A stretch of DNA of 64,000 nucleotides from an uncultured bacterium (lineage in GTDB: Bacteria; Zixibacteria; MSB-5A5; CAIYYT01). Shown piece by piece: positions 51,661 through 62,453 of this stretch. Numbering within the stretch: position 1 is the first letter of the stretch; every line of letters starts with the position of its first letter. The notes under the pieces were generated by a model. The model was not told where the DNA came from and made no database searches. It worked only from the letters and a program-made list of their open reading frames with translations. The translations under genes were made by a program, and so were the position numbers. The DNA is taken from NCBI GenBank assembly GCA_963726455.1, contig CAVSCK010000003.1, positions 64,001 through 128,000 on the forward strand, given 5' to 3'.

Positions 51661-51865
51661 TCCCTCGACTCTCGCAGCCCCGGTAGCCCATTGATGCTAT
51701 TCCAGATTACTTACAAGATAAGCCAGGAATAGCGTCTCAGCCAATGATTTCTACGGAGGATGTTAACAATCTCGGTGTGGAAATCCCCAGGTGCGGCGCG
51801 GCAATTCGCAGTGGGATTCTCAGAGAGTCTTTGGGTTACAGAATGTCACACGGGTGAATTGCGGG

Positions 51866-51884
51866 TTGTCCACATTGTGGATAA
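51866..51884. promoter_or_regulatory. Inverted pair of DnaA boxes
   Basis: TTGTCCACA (1 mismatch) at 51866-74 and TGTGGATAA (perfect, reverse) at 51876-84. Confidence 0.65.
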
Positions 51885-51890
51885 TCAGGA

Positions 51891-52607
51891 TTACTGCGAC
51901 ATCAGGTCGTCATATTCCTTGCGCAGCATCTGGACGTCCGCCCAAGTATCGTGTTTGTACTGCGGAAAACGCAGCAACGCCGCAGGATGGTAAGTCACCA
52001 TCACTTTGCGGCCATCAACCTCGAAAAAGCGCCCGCGCATTTTACCCAGTGGAGTGGTGACGCCCAGCAGGGCCTGAGCAGCGATCCGACCGAGGCAACA
52101 GATCAATTTGGGATTGATGATCTCGATTTGCTTCCTGAGATACGGCAGACAAGTAGCCATCTCATCCGGCTGGGGATCGCGATTATTCGGCGGACGGCAT
52201 TTGACGATGTTGGCGATATAGACCTGTTTGCGGTCGAACTTGATGGCGGCCAGAATTCGGTCCAGCAGTTGTCCGGCGCGCCCGACAAAGGGTTCACCCT
52301 TCAAGTCTTCGTCATGTCCGGGACCTTCGCCAACGAACATAACCTCAGCCGCCGGATTGCCGACGCCAAAGACGAACTTGTTGCGGCCTTCATGGAGGCG
52401 ACACTTGGTGCAGTCCTTGATCTGGTCGCAGAAAGTAGCCAATGCCTTGCCAGTGGCGGTGCCGTCGCGCTGAGGTCTGGCGGATTGTTTCTGCGGCATT
52501 AATGCGGTAAGAGTCTCGTTGTCGACTCGCAGTTCGCCAAGTCCCAGTTCGCGCTGTTGCTCAATGACCTGGGCGAAGATGTCAGATACGGTTTTGCGTG
52601 GGGGCAT
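51891..52607 (-). CDS. Uracil-DNA glycosylase family 4
   Basis: CxxC, GEGPG, PFVGRAG, KCRPP, YHPAALL. Confidence 0.95.
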   Translation of the reverse strand: MPPRKTVSDIFAQVIEQQRELGLGELRVDNETLTALMPQKQSARPQRDGTATGKALATFCDQIKDCTKCRLHEGRNKFVFGVGNPAAEVMFVGEGPGHDEDLKGEPFVGRAGQLLDRILAAIKFDRKQVYIANIVKCRPPNNRDPQPDEMATCLPYLRKQIEIINPKLICCLGRIAAQALLGVTTPLGKMRGRFFEVDGRKVMVTYHPAALLRFPQYKHDTWADVQMLRKEYDDLMSQ

Positions 52608-52609
52608 TA

Positions 52610-53813
52610 TTACTTTCGTAAGAGTTTAGCTTCGACCAGATCGAGAATGACTTGCGCCAATTGCTGCTTGGTCATCTTGTCGAGCCGACGCGGTTTGCCG
52701 GTGCGTGAAAAGATCGTGGCTCTGTTGTAGTCGCTACCGAACTCGGCGCCCGGCTGCGTGGGATCATTCATTACTATCATATCGAGATTCTTGTCTTTGA
52801 GTTTCCGCAAGGCATTCTTGCTGTCGCCACCAACTTCAAGGGCAAACCCAATCACCATTTTCGGACGATTTTTCGAGCGCCCCACTTCCGCCAGAATATC
52901 GGGATTGGATTTCAGTTCCAATTGCGGGAGTGTGCCGTGCGGAATCTTCGTCTTCGCGACTTTCGCCGGTTTGTAATCGGCAACTGCCGCGGCCATAATC
53001 AGGACATCTTTCTTGCCCGCCGTTTGCGTCAACTGCTGACGTAATTCCTCGGCGGATTCGATATCCACGCGCGTGATGCCGCTCGGAGTCGGCAGCGAAG
53101 TCGGACCGGAAATTAGCACGACCTCCGCTCCGCGCGCAGCCGCTTCGGTCGCAATGGCGTAACCCATCTTGCCGGACGAAAAATTGGAGATGTATCTGAC
53201 CGGATCGATACGCTCTCTGGTCGGTCCGGCAGTCACGATCACGCGCTGGCCGGTCAACTTCTGATTCGCGCGAAAATGCGCCAGCACGCGCTGCAGGATA
53301 TTCTCGGGTTCTTCCAATCTGCCGACTGCCAACGGTCTCACACGCGAGATCACCAGAGCCGGGAGAAATGAAGATGTATCCAAGTTTCGCAAGCTTGGTG
53401 ATGTTCTGCTGCACGATTGGATTGACATACATCTCGGTATTCATGGCAGGAGCAATCATCACCGGGGACTGGCGAGCCAGTACAATTGTGGTCAGAAGGT
53501 CATCGGCTATGCCGCCGGCGATCTTGCCGATGAGATTTCCGGTCGCAGGCGCAAGCAGGATCAAGTCGGCCCACTCGGCGTACGAAATATGGTGCGTAGA
53601 GACAAAACGATCCTCGGGAAACATTTCCAGCGCGACGGGATTGTTCGACAGGGTCTCCAACGTTGACTTGGTGACAAACTCCGTAGCGGATTTGGTCAAT
53701 ACGACTTTGACATCGGCGCCTTCTTTTTTGAGCAGGCGGATGAGAAAGCAGGCCTTGTACGCGGCGATGCAGCCGCTGATCCCCAATAGAATTTTCTTAT
53801 TTTGAAGACGCAT
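52610..53813 (-). CDS. coaBC: Bifunctional phosphopantothenoylcysteine decarboxylase/synthetase, frameshift near 53325
   Basis: GCIAAYKA, PAMN, LAC in 52836..53813; TAGPTRE.IDPVRYISNFSSGKMG, AAVADY, GFALE in 52610..53428. Confidence 0.94.
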
Positions 53814-53827
53814 GATCTATTCAACGA

Positions 53828-54295
53828 TCAATTGATCGTCTCGTTACCGTCGACATTAAACCAGTTGAGGTCGACAGTATTTCCCGACGAGAATACGTAT
53901 CGCGAGGCAATAACTTTCATGACCGGAAGGTCGATAACTTCGCTGCCGAGCATCAAGGACTTGTCAACGATACGCTCGAATTGCGCCGGCGTGATCAGGC
54001 GAAAATGCAGAAGCTGAAGCAGCAAGCCGGCAGCTTCGGGCGTGAAGTGCTGCATCTCCTGCTGGCTGAGTACGCGGACAGAGACGGGCGATTTATCCAT
54101 CGACTGGATACGGCCGCCCTCTTTTTGCAGTTCTTCCAGAAACCAGCCATAGGCAGAGGAAATCTCGGAGTCGGTGAAACCACGGCTCTTGAGATCCTTG
54201 GAGATTGCCCGGTATGGGCCGATCTGACCGTTGTGACTGCGGACGTGTTCTACCAGGTAAAAGACTATTTCCAAAATACGTTCTTCCATTGCCAT
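53828..54295 (-). CDS. DUF494 / Smg family protein
   Basis: RILEIVFYL, GFTDSEISSAYGW, RVLSQQE. Confidence 0.8.
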   Translation of the reverse strand: MAMEERILEIVFYLVEHVRSHNGQIGPYRAISKDLKSRGFTDSEISSAYGWFLEELQKEGGRIQSMDKSPVSVRVLSQQEMQHFTPEAAGLLLQLLHFRLITPAQFERIVDKSLMLGSEVIDLPVMKVIASRYVFSSGNTVDLNWFNVDGNETIN

Positions 54296-54569
54296 TCTCC
54301 GTATCTAAGTGCCTACTGATAGCGCCGTATTCTGCGCACGCGTTGCCATCCGTGGCCTAGATCCGCACCACCTCACTACCGCACAATTCCTGCATGAAAT
54401 AAAGCTCGCGCGACGGCTTTATGCAAGAATAAAACTCTCGCGATTGGTCACTTACTATAGACTACGAAATTCACCGAGAGAGTTGCAAACAAAAGCGCTT
54501 GACATCCGAGGGAAAATCAGCGAGTATATTCTTCCCCTGAAATTACGAATGTCTGGAGCTATCGTCCGA

Positions 54570-56150
54570 CTAGTGTTTGAAATGTCGGACGCCCGTAAGT
54601 ACCATGGCAATACCCGCTTTGTCGGCGGCAGCAATAGCGTCCTCATCACGTTTTGAACCACCGGGCTGTATGATAGCTTTGACACCTGCGGCGGCAGCGG
54701 CTTCGACGCCATCGGCCATTGGGAAAAAGGCGTCGGATGCCAGCACGGCTCCCTGCGCCCGGGTGCCGGCTTTCTTGACGGCCTGCTCGACGGCATCGAC
54801 TCGCGATGTCTGACCGCAACCAAAGCCAACCAACTTGGAACCGTCGATGATGATGATCGCGTTTGATTTGACGTGCTTGACCAACTGGAAGCCGAAGAGG
54901 AGCGACGCGACCTGAGCGGGAGACGGCTTGGCTTTCGTCACTACGTTGAGATCAGATTCGTGAATGATCTTCTTGTCGGCAGACTGATAGAGAAATCCGC
55001 CATGAATCGATCGAAATATTCTGTCAGTTGTGGAGACGTTGCCAATCTGAGGCAGGCGCAACAGCCGACGTTGCTTCTTCTTCATTAAAAGCGCTAATAC
55101 GTCCGGTTCAAAGTCGGGAGCGAGAATACATTCGACAAATTCGGTGTCGTGCAACAACCGTGCGGTATCCATATCAACCGTGCGGTTGAGGCCGATAATC
55201 GAGCCGTAAGCGGACATCGGGTCGGAAGCAAGCGCATCGCGGTAGGCATCGGCAAGGTTGTCCGCACAGGCAGCGCCGCAGGGATTGGTGTGTTTGACAA
55301 TGCAGGCGAAAGGTTTCTCGAAATCGACAATCATGCTGAGCACCGAGTCGAGATCGACATAGTTATTGTATGAAAGTTCTTTGCCCGCCAATTGCTCGGC
55401 ATCAACCAGCGAAAGAGATTTGTTGGCAATATTGCGATAGAGCGCGGCAGACTGATGGGGATTTTCGCCGTAACGCAGTCCGGCGACCCTGGCGAGATTG
55501 AGAGTAATTGCAGACGGGAAATCGTCGGCCACGTCGGGAGTCTGGCTGCCTTCAAAATACTCGTCGATAGCCCGGTCATATTCATGGGTCAGCTTGTAGG
55601 CGCAAGCAGCATATCCGCGACGGATTGCCACAGACAACGTGCCATCGGTGTTTTTGAAGTCGTTCATAAACTGAGCGTACTGCGACGGCTGTACGAGCAC
55701 GGCGACGGCAGCGAAATTTTTGGCGGCAGCACGAATCATCGTCGGTCCGCCGATGTCGATGTTCTCGATTATCTCTTCTTCTGCCACACCTTTGGCAACG
55801 GTCTGGGCAAAAGGATACAGATTGACGACGACGAGGTCGATGGCTTTGTAGTCCTGAGCGTCAAGTTCTGTTCTATGTTCAGGAATATCGCGCCGAAAGA
55901 GAATGCCGGCGGCAATTTTCGGATGGAGAGTCTTGACCCTGCCGTCCAGAATCTCCGGTGCGCCGGTGAAAGATGACACCGGCACCACGCGGATACCGGC
56001 ATCCTTGAGGGCTTGTTTTGTGCCGCCGGTGGATATTATCTCAACGCCTTCGCCTTCGAGAAAGCGGGCAAGATCGACGATGCCGGTCTTGTCGGAGACA
56101 CTAATCAGCGCGCGTTTGATACGATGTGTTTTGATATCTTTGGCTACCAT
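54570..56150 (-). CDS. purH: Bifunctional AICAR transformylase/IMP cyclohydrolase
   Basis: [43 protein letters not shown]. Confidence 0.98.
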   Translation of the reverse strand: MVAKDIKTHRIKRALISVSDKTGIVDLARFLEGEGVEIISTGGTKQALKDAGIRVVPVSSFTGAPEILDGRVKTLHPKIAAGILFRRDIPEHRTELDAQDYKAIDLVVVNLYPFAQTVAKGVAEEEIIENIDIGGPTMIRAAAKNFAAVAVLVQPSQYAQFMNDFKNTDGTLSVAIRRGYAACAYKLTHEYDRAIDEYFEGSQTPDVADDFPSAITLNLARVAGLRYGENPHQSAALYRNIANKSLSLVDAEQLAGKELSYNNYVDLDSVLSMIVDFEKPFACIVKHTNPCGAACADNLADAYRDALASDPMSAYGSIIGLNRTVDMDTARLLHDTEFVECILAPDFEPDVLALLMKKKQRRLLRLPQIGNVSTTDRIFRSIHGGFLYQSADKKIIHESDLNVVTKAKPSPAQVASLLFGFQLVKHVKSNAIIIIDGSKLVGFGCGQTSRVDAVEQAVKKAGTRAQGAVLASDAFFPMADGVEAAAAAGVKAIIQPGGSKRDEDAIAAADKAGIAMVLTGVRHFKH

Positions 56151-56160
56151 GAAATCCTCG

Positions 56161-57051
56161 TTATTTGACAATAAGCTTTTCGGCCAGTTCATAGCGTTGA
56201 CGAGTGCCGTCAATCACGTTTTGCGGCAGGCGCGGCGGTGTTGAGTTTTTGTCCCAACCGGACTGCGACAGAAAATCGCGCACGAATTGCTTGTCGAAGG
56301 ATTCCTGCGCAGCGCCGGGGCGATATTTGTCGGCAGGCCAGAACCGCGAAGAATCGGGCGACAGTACCTCGTCAATAAGAATGATGCCGCCGTCGTGGAT
56401 CCCGAATTCGAATTTGGTGTCGGCCAGAATAATGCTGCGTTTTTCACAGTAATCCGCCGCCTTCTTATACAGCGCTTTGGAAATCGCGCGCAACTTCGCG
56501 GCAAGTTCGAGTTCGACGATCTGTGCCATTTCCTCGAAAGAGATGTTCATGTCGTGACCGCTGTCTTCCTTGGTCGCCGGAGTAAAGATCGGTTCATCCA
56601 GTTTCTGTGATTCTTTCAGATTATCCGGAAACGTAAAACCGAGCAGCCGGGTGTTGCCTGACTTGAGGCCTTTGACATAGTCGCTCCAAAGCGAGCCGGA
56701 AATGTAGCCGCGCACGACACATTCGATGTCGATGCGTTCGGCTTTCTTGACCAGCATTGACCTGCCCTCCAGTTGATCGCGATACTTGTGCAGGACTTCC
56801 GGATAGGCCGAAATGTCGGCGGTGATAAAGTGGTTCGGTACGACGTCCTTCAAGTACTCAAACCAGAAGAGCGACATGCGCGTCAGGACCTTGCCTTTTT
56901 CCGGAATGGGATCGGGCAGCACGTGGTCGAAGGCAGAGAGCCGGTCGGTGGCAACGATCAACAACTTGTCGTCGAGATCGTACACATCGCGCACTTTGCC
57001 GCGCGCAAACAGTTTTATGTCCGGCATATTCGTTTGCCACAGACTATCCAT
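56161..57051 (-). CDS. purC: SAICAR synthetase
   Basis: GKVRD, DRLSAFD, ECVVRGY, DTKFEFG, PDSSRFW. Confidence 0.98.
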   Translation of the reverse strand: MDSLWQTNMPDIKLFARGKVRDVYDLDDKLLIVATDRLSAFDHVLPDPIPEKGKVLTRMSLFWFEYLKDVVPNHFITADISAYPEVLHKYRDQLEGRSMLVKKAERIDIECVVRGYISGSLWSDYVKGLKSGNTRLLGFTFPDNLKESQKLDEPIFTPATKEDSGHDMNISFEEMAQIVELELAAKLRAISKALYKKAADYCEKRSIILADTKFEFGIHDGGIILIDEVLSPDSSRFWPADKYRPGAAQESFDKQFVRDFLSQSGWDKNSTPPRLPQNVIDGTRQRYELAEKLIVK

Positions 57052-57054
57052 GTC

Positions 57055-57660
57055 CTACTCCAATCGCAGTTCTCCCGAGGCGATCCGCGCGACCGTCTCA
57101 GGGTACAGTTGATGTTCTATTTCAAGCACCCGGCATTGCAGCGATTCGGGGGTGTCGTCGTCAAGCACGGATACCCGTCGCTGAGCCAGAATTCGGCCGT
57201 TGTCATAGACTTCGTTGACCAGATGAATCGTGACGCCGGTTTCTTTCTCGCCGGCAGCCAGCACCGCTTCGTGTACGTGCAAGCCGTACATTCCCTTACC
57301 GCCGAATTTGGGCAGCAAGGCCGGATGTATGTTGAGGATGCGGTCGTGGTAAGTGCGGATGACTTCGGTGGGGATTCTCTTCATGTAACCGGCAAGGCAG
57401 ATCAGCTCGACGCCACGGTCGGCTAGTTGTTTCAGAAGTTCCCTGGTGTAAGTTTCCTCCGAATCGAAGTCACGGTCGGTGAGAACCAGCGTTTCAATAT
57501 TGTCGTTTTGAGCGCGCTCCAGGGCATAGGCCTTACGGTTGTTGGAGAACACAACCACGATCTCGCCTTTAATCTGGCCGGAATTGCAGCCATCAATCAG
57601 CGCTTGCAGGTTGGAACCACCGTGCGAAGCGAAAACAGCGATGCGAAGCTTCTTAGACAA
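57055..57660 (-). CDS. purN: Phosphoribosylglycinamide formyltransferase
   Basis: GGSNLQA, LAGYM, NIHPALLP, G.TIH.V..YD.G. Confidence 0.97.
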   Translation of the reverse strand: MSKKLRIAVFASHGGSNLQALIDGCNSGQIKGEIVVVFSNNRKAYALERAQNDNIETLVLTDRDFDSEETYTRELLKQLADRGVELICLAGYMKRIPTEVIRTYHDRILNIHPALLPKFGGKGMYGLHVHEAVLAAGEKETGVTIHLVNEVYDNGRILAQRRVSVLDDDTPESLQCRVLEIEHQLYPETVARIASGELRLE

Positions 57661-57805
57661 TCTACTTCTGCCTTGCCTCCCCGCTGTCGAATTTCGCGGG
57701 TTTGCCTCCGTTATCCGGCAGATGCCGGTTACAGCGCGGTAAGGTAGCGTCCGACGCGCCCTGAGTCAACAGTGATTAGACACTGGCTGGGCGCAGGAAT
57801 CTTGG

Positions 57806-57861
57806 GATTGCTTCGTCGCTTCCCACGCCCGCCATCCCTTCCCCTCGCTCCTCGCAATGAC
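57806..57861. repeat. GATTGCTTCGTCGCT...CGCTCCTCGCAATGAC REP-like element, copy 3
   Basis: Complete arms enclosing a C-rich insert. Confidence 0.7.
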
Positions 57862-57970
57862 AGTACGGAGACCGGCAATTACGGTCGGGGAACGCAAGAC
57901 CGGTGGAAATGACAAGGCCGTCGGCGACAAATCGCAGACGGCCTTTCAGAGAATCATGTCAGAAACAGAA

Positions 57971-58759
57971 TTACGGCTGCTTCTTCTCCGCCTCGCCGAC
58001 TTCGAGCTGCATCTTCTTCATGAAGGGTGTCAGCAGGTCGATGGGAACAGGGAAGATAAGAGTCGAGTTCTTCTCGGCGGCGACTTCCGTGAGAGTCTGC
58101 AGGAATCGCAACTGCAGGGTATACTGCGACGATTCCATAACTTTTGCTGCTTCGGACAGCTTCGTAGCAGCCTGATATTCGCCAGTAGCATGAATGACTT
58201 TGGCGCGGCGTTCGCGCTCGGCTTCGGCCTGCTTGGAGATAGCGCGGATCATTTCCTGTGGCAGATCGACGTTCTTGACCTCGACCACAGACACCTTGAT
58301 GCCCCAGGGTTCGGTTTGATCGTCAATGATCTTCTGCAGCCGCTGATTAATCTCTTCACGGTTGGACAACAGGTCATCCAGGTCGACCTGTCCCAGAACC
58401 GATCGCAGAGTTGTCTGGGCAATCATCGAAGTCGCGTAGAAATAATCCTCGACGGCTACGATTGCCCGCTGAGGTTCGACGACCATGAAATAGATCACGG
58501 CATTGACTTTGACCGTGACGTTGTCTCGCGTAATGACGTCCTGCGGCGGGACGTCCATCGTGAAAGTACGCAATGAGACCTTCACCATGCGGTCGACAAG
58601 CGGAATTAGCAATATCAGACCGGGTCCCTTGACGCCGATCACGCGGCCGAGACGGAAGATCACACCGCGTTCATATTCCTGCAAAATGCGGATTGCATTT
58701 AACAGGATGAACAGGGCAAAGAATGCAATAACAATTAACGGAACTGCACCTGCGGCCAT
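57971..58759 (-). CDS. SPFH/stomatin-like (slipin) protein
   Basis: [37 protein letters not shown]. Confidence 0.95.
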   Translation of the reverse strand: MAAGAVPLIVIAFFALFILLNAIRILQEYERGVIFRLGRVIGVKGPGLILLIPLVDRMVKVSLRTFTMDVPPQDVITRDNVTVKVNAVIYFMVVEPQRAIVAVEDYFYATSMIAQTTLRSVLGQVDLDDLLSNREEINQRLQKIIDDQTEPWGIKVSVVEVKNVDLPQEMIRAISKQAEAERERRAKVIHATGEYQAATKLSEAAKVMESSQYTLQLRFLQTLTEVAAEKNSTLIFPVPIDLLTPFMKKMQLEVGEAEKKQP

Positions 58760-60055
58760 TTATCCCTCCTTGTTGGAAGTAGATTTCGTTACTCTCAGTG
58801 TCGTATGTTCGCCCGACAGGACGCGGACTTTCTCGCCTTTCTCGATCTTTTCATCGGCGACGGCGCGCCAGAGTGCGCCGGCGACAAAGACCATGCCTTC
58901 GCCGTCGATCGTCTCCCGGACTTTGCCGATTTGACCGACCATGCCTTCAAAGCCGGTGGTAACCTGCCGTCGGTAAGATTTCACGACAAATCCCAGAGCA
59001 AACACAATGAAGGCGGCGACGCAAAACGCCACCGTAAAGATAATGCTCTTACTGATTTGCAGGGTTGGTTCGGGACTATCGATTAACATCAAGCCTCCTA
59101 GTATCAGAGAGATGACTCCGCCGATAGTAAGCATGCCGTAACTGGTGACTTTGATCTCCAGCAGAAACATAATGATGGCCAGGATGATCAAAGCCAGTCC
59201 GGCGTAATTGATCGGTAACGCCTGCATACCAAGCAAGGCGACGATGATACAGATACCGCCAACGATGCCCGGCAGAATGGCGCCGGGGTTATAGAGTTCG
59301 ATAGCCAAGCCAAGTGTACCGAGGGAAAATAGAATGAATATGATATTCGGGTTAGTGATGACATCCAGGATGGCCTCGGAAAAGGTCTTCTCCACTTTTT
59401 CTGTAGTCGCATCTTTGGTGTGAACGGTGTCCTCGCCGTCAACCATCTTAACGATCTTGCCGTCGGCCTTCTCCAGAACGTCGCCCAGATTGTTGGCGAT
59501 GAAGTCGACCACGTTGGAATCGACGGCCTCGGTAGCGGTAATACTGATGCCCTCACGAACGGCGCGCTCAACCCAGTAGCGATTATGCCCACGGCGCTCA
59601 GCAGCACCCTCAAGGTTGGCGACGGCGTCATTAATGATCTTCTTGTATAAGGCGCTATCGATCTTCTCGCCGCCCATCGATACCGGCGTAGCCGAGCCAA
59701 TGTTGGTTGACGGCGCCATAGCCGAAACATGAGCCGAATAGGTTATGTAAACTCCTGCCGAGGCAGCGCGTCCGCCGGAAGGATAGACGTAAACGATCAC
59801 AGGTACTTTGGCATTCATGATTGCCGTAGTAATCTTCAGCGTTGTCTCCATGACGCCGCCGGGAGTGTTCAGCTCGATCACCAGCGCCGCTGCGCCTTCT
59901 TCTTCGGCCAACTTCAAGGCGCGCTCGAAATGCTTGAGTGTAATGGCGCCGATGGGACCGTCGATGGTCATCAATTTGACGGCTCTGGCAGATGCGATCT
60001 CCGACGACAAGGCCAGACAAAGAATCAAGAGAATGAGCGCCCTACACAATTTCAT
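58760..60055 (-). CDS. nfeD: NfeD membrane-bound serine protease (long form)
   Basis: NTPGG, RAASAG, IGSATP, TM bundle, C-terminal OB fold; adjacent to the slipin gene. Confidence 0.93.
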   Translation of the reverse strand: MKLCRALILLILCLALSSEIASARAVKLMTIDGPIGAITLKHFERALKLAEEEGAAALVIELNTPGGVMETTLKITTAIMNAKVPVIVYVYPSGGRAASAGVYITYSAHVSAMAPSTNIGSATPVSMGGEKIDSALYKKIINDAVANLEGAAERRGHNRYWVERAVREGISITATEAVDSNVVDFIANNLGDVLEKADGKIVKMVDGEDTVHTKDATTEKVEKTFSEAILDVITNPNIIFILFSLGTLGLAIELYNPGAILPGIVGGICIIVALLGMQALPINYAGLALIILAIIMFLLEIKVTSYGMLTIGGVISLILGGLMLIDSPEPTLQISKSIIFTVAFCVAAFIVFALGFVVKSYRRQVTTGFEGMVGQIGKVRETIDGEGMVFVAGALWRAVADEKIEKGEKVRVLSGEHTTLRVTKSTSNKEG

Positions 60056-60176
60056 CTTAACTACCTCCCCGAGGCGAAAGCCGATATGCTTTCTTTTTCA
60101 GTATGCCGTAGTTAATCTCTCAAATACAGTCAAACAGGTCAACCAAAAAGAAAAGACGAGATGAAGGCGGGTTCTG

Positions 60177-62432
60177 TTAGAATTCGGCGATTCCGTAGAG
60201 CTCCGGTCGCGGCGGCCCGGCAACGCCTTCGGAGGGAATCAGGAAGCCGATGGCTTTAGCGAGCTTCGAGTCGCCTGGATTGTCGTAATCGACCAATTCG
60301 ACCCCCAGCCCGAACCGCTTGGTCTCCTTCGTCAGCCAGCCGCTGAAGGTTGCCAGGGGGAGCTTGAGTTCGAAAGTATAGCCGGCCTCGGTACGAATAC
60401 TGGCGATTTCGTACGGTGTCTGAATGCCAAGCTGAACGCGGACTTTGGAATTCGCGGCAGTCGGCGCCATGATGTAAAGTGAGAAACAACCGTTGCCAGC
60501 CGCAAAGTCACGGGAAAAATAGCTGCCAGAGGTTGGACGGAAGTCGAAGAAGACAGCTACCATGTCGCCGGTGGCGTCGTCAAGGGACACCAGACTATCG
60601 TCTTTGATTGACCCGACGACGTAGAGGTCGGTATCAGTACGGGCAAAATATATCTTCCCCGAGAGGTCATCGTCGCCGCGCCACGGAGCTGCGCCGTAAC
60701 GGAATCCTGAGGCGCCGGAGAACAGCATTGGCTTGTCTTTGGCCCATTCGGCCAGGTCGCCGTCGATCGTGGGCTCGGGTTTCTTCTCCTTGATCCTGTA
60801 CAAGGCCCTGGGGTCGTTGGTAGCCAATGTCAGGCGGGCGGCCAGGGGTTGATAGGCGGTCGAATCGGCAATTGCGGCCAACTGATTCTCGGACTGGGAG
60901 AAACAACGGCCGGCGAGTTTGTTTTCGCCGCCCTGGCGTAAGTCGTAGCCCATTCGGAAGAAGGACTCAGCCAGTTCAGGGCTTTTGGCGCTGAGCTTAA
61001 GGTAGCTATCCGCGAGATCCTTCAGGTATTCCTTGTTGAAGTTTTTCGAGAAGAGCGCCAGACGATCTACCGCCGTCAGAATTAAGTTTTCGGATAGGCG
61101 GTCAGTGGAAGTACCGCCTTCGAGATAATCGCGATAGGCGTTGAGAGCGTTGAACGCATAATCCGCTGACTGCAGGTAGAGCTGATCATTATAGCAAACG
61201 TCGCCCATTTGCAGGCCGGCGCTGACCGCGGCGAAGCTGTTGGGATACTCCCCAATGACCTTCTGATAGGCGGCGACCATATCGTTCTTGCGATTGGCGG
61301 TTCTGAATAGATAAGCCAGGTCCAGATAGTAACCCGGAACTTTGCTTGAATCGGTTTCTGACGAAATCTTCGAATTGATCGCTGCGATTGCTTCCCTGGT
61401 GTGGATCGTCACTGCCGCCACCTGCAGTGGATGCGGATTCCCCACTGAGGAGTAAGTCGCGACCGCGGTATCGGGCGAAAGATCGACTATCGGAACACCA
61501 CCCGCGGTGGGGTCGCAGCCGATCCAATAGCGGCCACCGGAAACAACCATGCCACTTTGAGGCGCCTGCCCGAGCGAGAAACCGGCAATGCGGGATACAG
61601 TGACCGTATCGTCTGAAACGAAGAGATTAAAGACGCGCACATTCTCGGCACTACCCAGGGAAATCTGATCGAAAGTTACCGCCATTTTGAGGCCGTCAGG
61701 CGTGAAAGCGATAGAAGAGCAACCTTGTCCGAGATTAAGCACCCAGAATGGTTTGTCGGTGCGAGTGTCAACGACGGTGATTTGCGAGCCACCACGCTTG
61801 CCACCACCCAAACCACGGCAAACGACGAACAGGCGGCCGTTGTCCGGTGTTAACGTCAGGGCTGAGGGTCCAAAGCCGACAGCGATTGTTGTCACGGTCT
61901 TGAAACTTGCGATATCGATCTTAGTGACTGTTCCCTGCTGAGCTGAGGCACAGTAGAGTGTCTTGGAATCACTGGTGACGGCACCTGCTGTCGGGCCGAC
62001 GATTTGGGACAAAGTGGACACGACATTAGAGGATGCGCGGTCGATCACGGACAGATCAGTTTGACCGCCGGGAACTGCGCCGATGATGAAACAATACCTG
62101 CCATCGGGCGAGAAGAGCGCGCCGGTTACCTGACGTTGCACGTCAAGGGATTTGACCAATTGATCGGTGACAGTACTGAAAATATCGCAGGAGGTGCCGG
62201 ATGCGTCGAACAGCCAGACCTGTGACGAGTCGGGAGTGGCAACAGCGACGGCGGCATCATGGGCGGGCTGCAACTGATTGATAAGCTGGCCGGTTTCCAC
62301 CGCATACACCAGCGTCGCAGCGTGGCCGACTTCTCCGCCGGCTCCGGCAGGAATATAGATCTTTGTAATTGTCTGCGCCGATGTGCTGATAGACAACACA
62401 GCGGCGACAAGTATCGTCAACAGTATTCTCAA
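60177..62432 (-). CDS. Secreted protein: YVTN-like beta-propeller + TPR + CBM9-like domain
   Basis: Signal peptide; IAVGFGPSAL.LTPD repeats; YQKVIGEYPNS TPR; PTIDGDLAEW...DLS...LYV...DD...YTFELKLP. Confidence 0.7.
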   Translation of the reverse strand: MRILLTILVAAVLSISTSAQTITKIYIPAGAGGEVGHAATLVYAVETGQLINQLQPAHDAAVAVATPDSSQVWLFDASGTSCDIFSTVTDQLVKSLDVQRQVTGALFSPDGRYCFIIGAVPGGQTDLSVIDRASSNVVSTLSQIVGPTAGAVTSDSKTLYCASAQQGTVTKIDIASFKTVTTIAVGFGPSALTLTPDNGRLFVVCRGLGGGKRGGSQITVVDTRTDKPFWVLNLGQGCSSIAFTPDGLKMAVTFDQISLGSAENVRVFNLFVSDDTVTVSRIAGFSLGQAPQSGMVVSGGRYWIGCDPTAGGVPIVDLSPDTAVATYSSVGNPHPLQVAAVTIHTREAIAAINSKISSETDSSKVPGYYLDLAYLFRTANRKNDMVAAYQKVIGEYPNSFAAVSAGLQMGDVCYNDQLYLQSADYAFNALNAYRDYLEGGTSTDRLSENLILTAVDRLALFSKNFNKEYLKDLADSYLKLSAKSPELAESFFRMGYDLRQGGENKLAGRCFSQSENQLAAIADSTAYQPLAARLTLATNDPRALYRIKEKKPEPTIDGDLAEWAKDKPMLFSGASGFRYGAAPWRGDDDLSGKIYFARTDTDLYVVGSIKDDSLVSLDDATGDMVAVFFDFRPTSGSYFSRDFAAGNGCFSLYIMAPTAANSKVRVQLGIQTPYEIASIRTEAGYTFELKLPLATFSGWLTKETKRFGLGVELVDYDNPGDSKLAKAIGFLIPSEGVAGPPRPELYGIAEF

Positions 62433-62453
62433 CTCGACAGCTCCCCTGTCATA

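Noticed and set aside
54499-54530. Antisense promoter TTGACA...TATATT facing the purH 3' end
   Set aside because: The 20-bp spacer is too long for sigma70.
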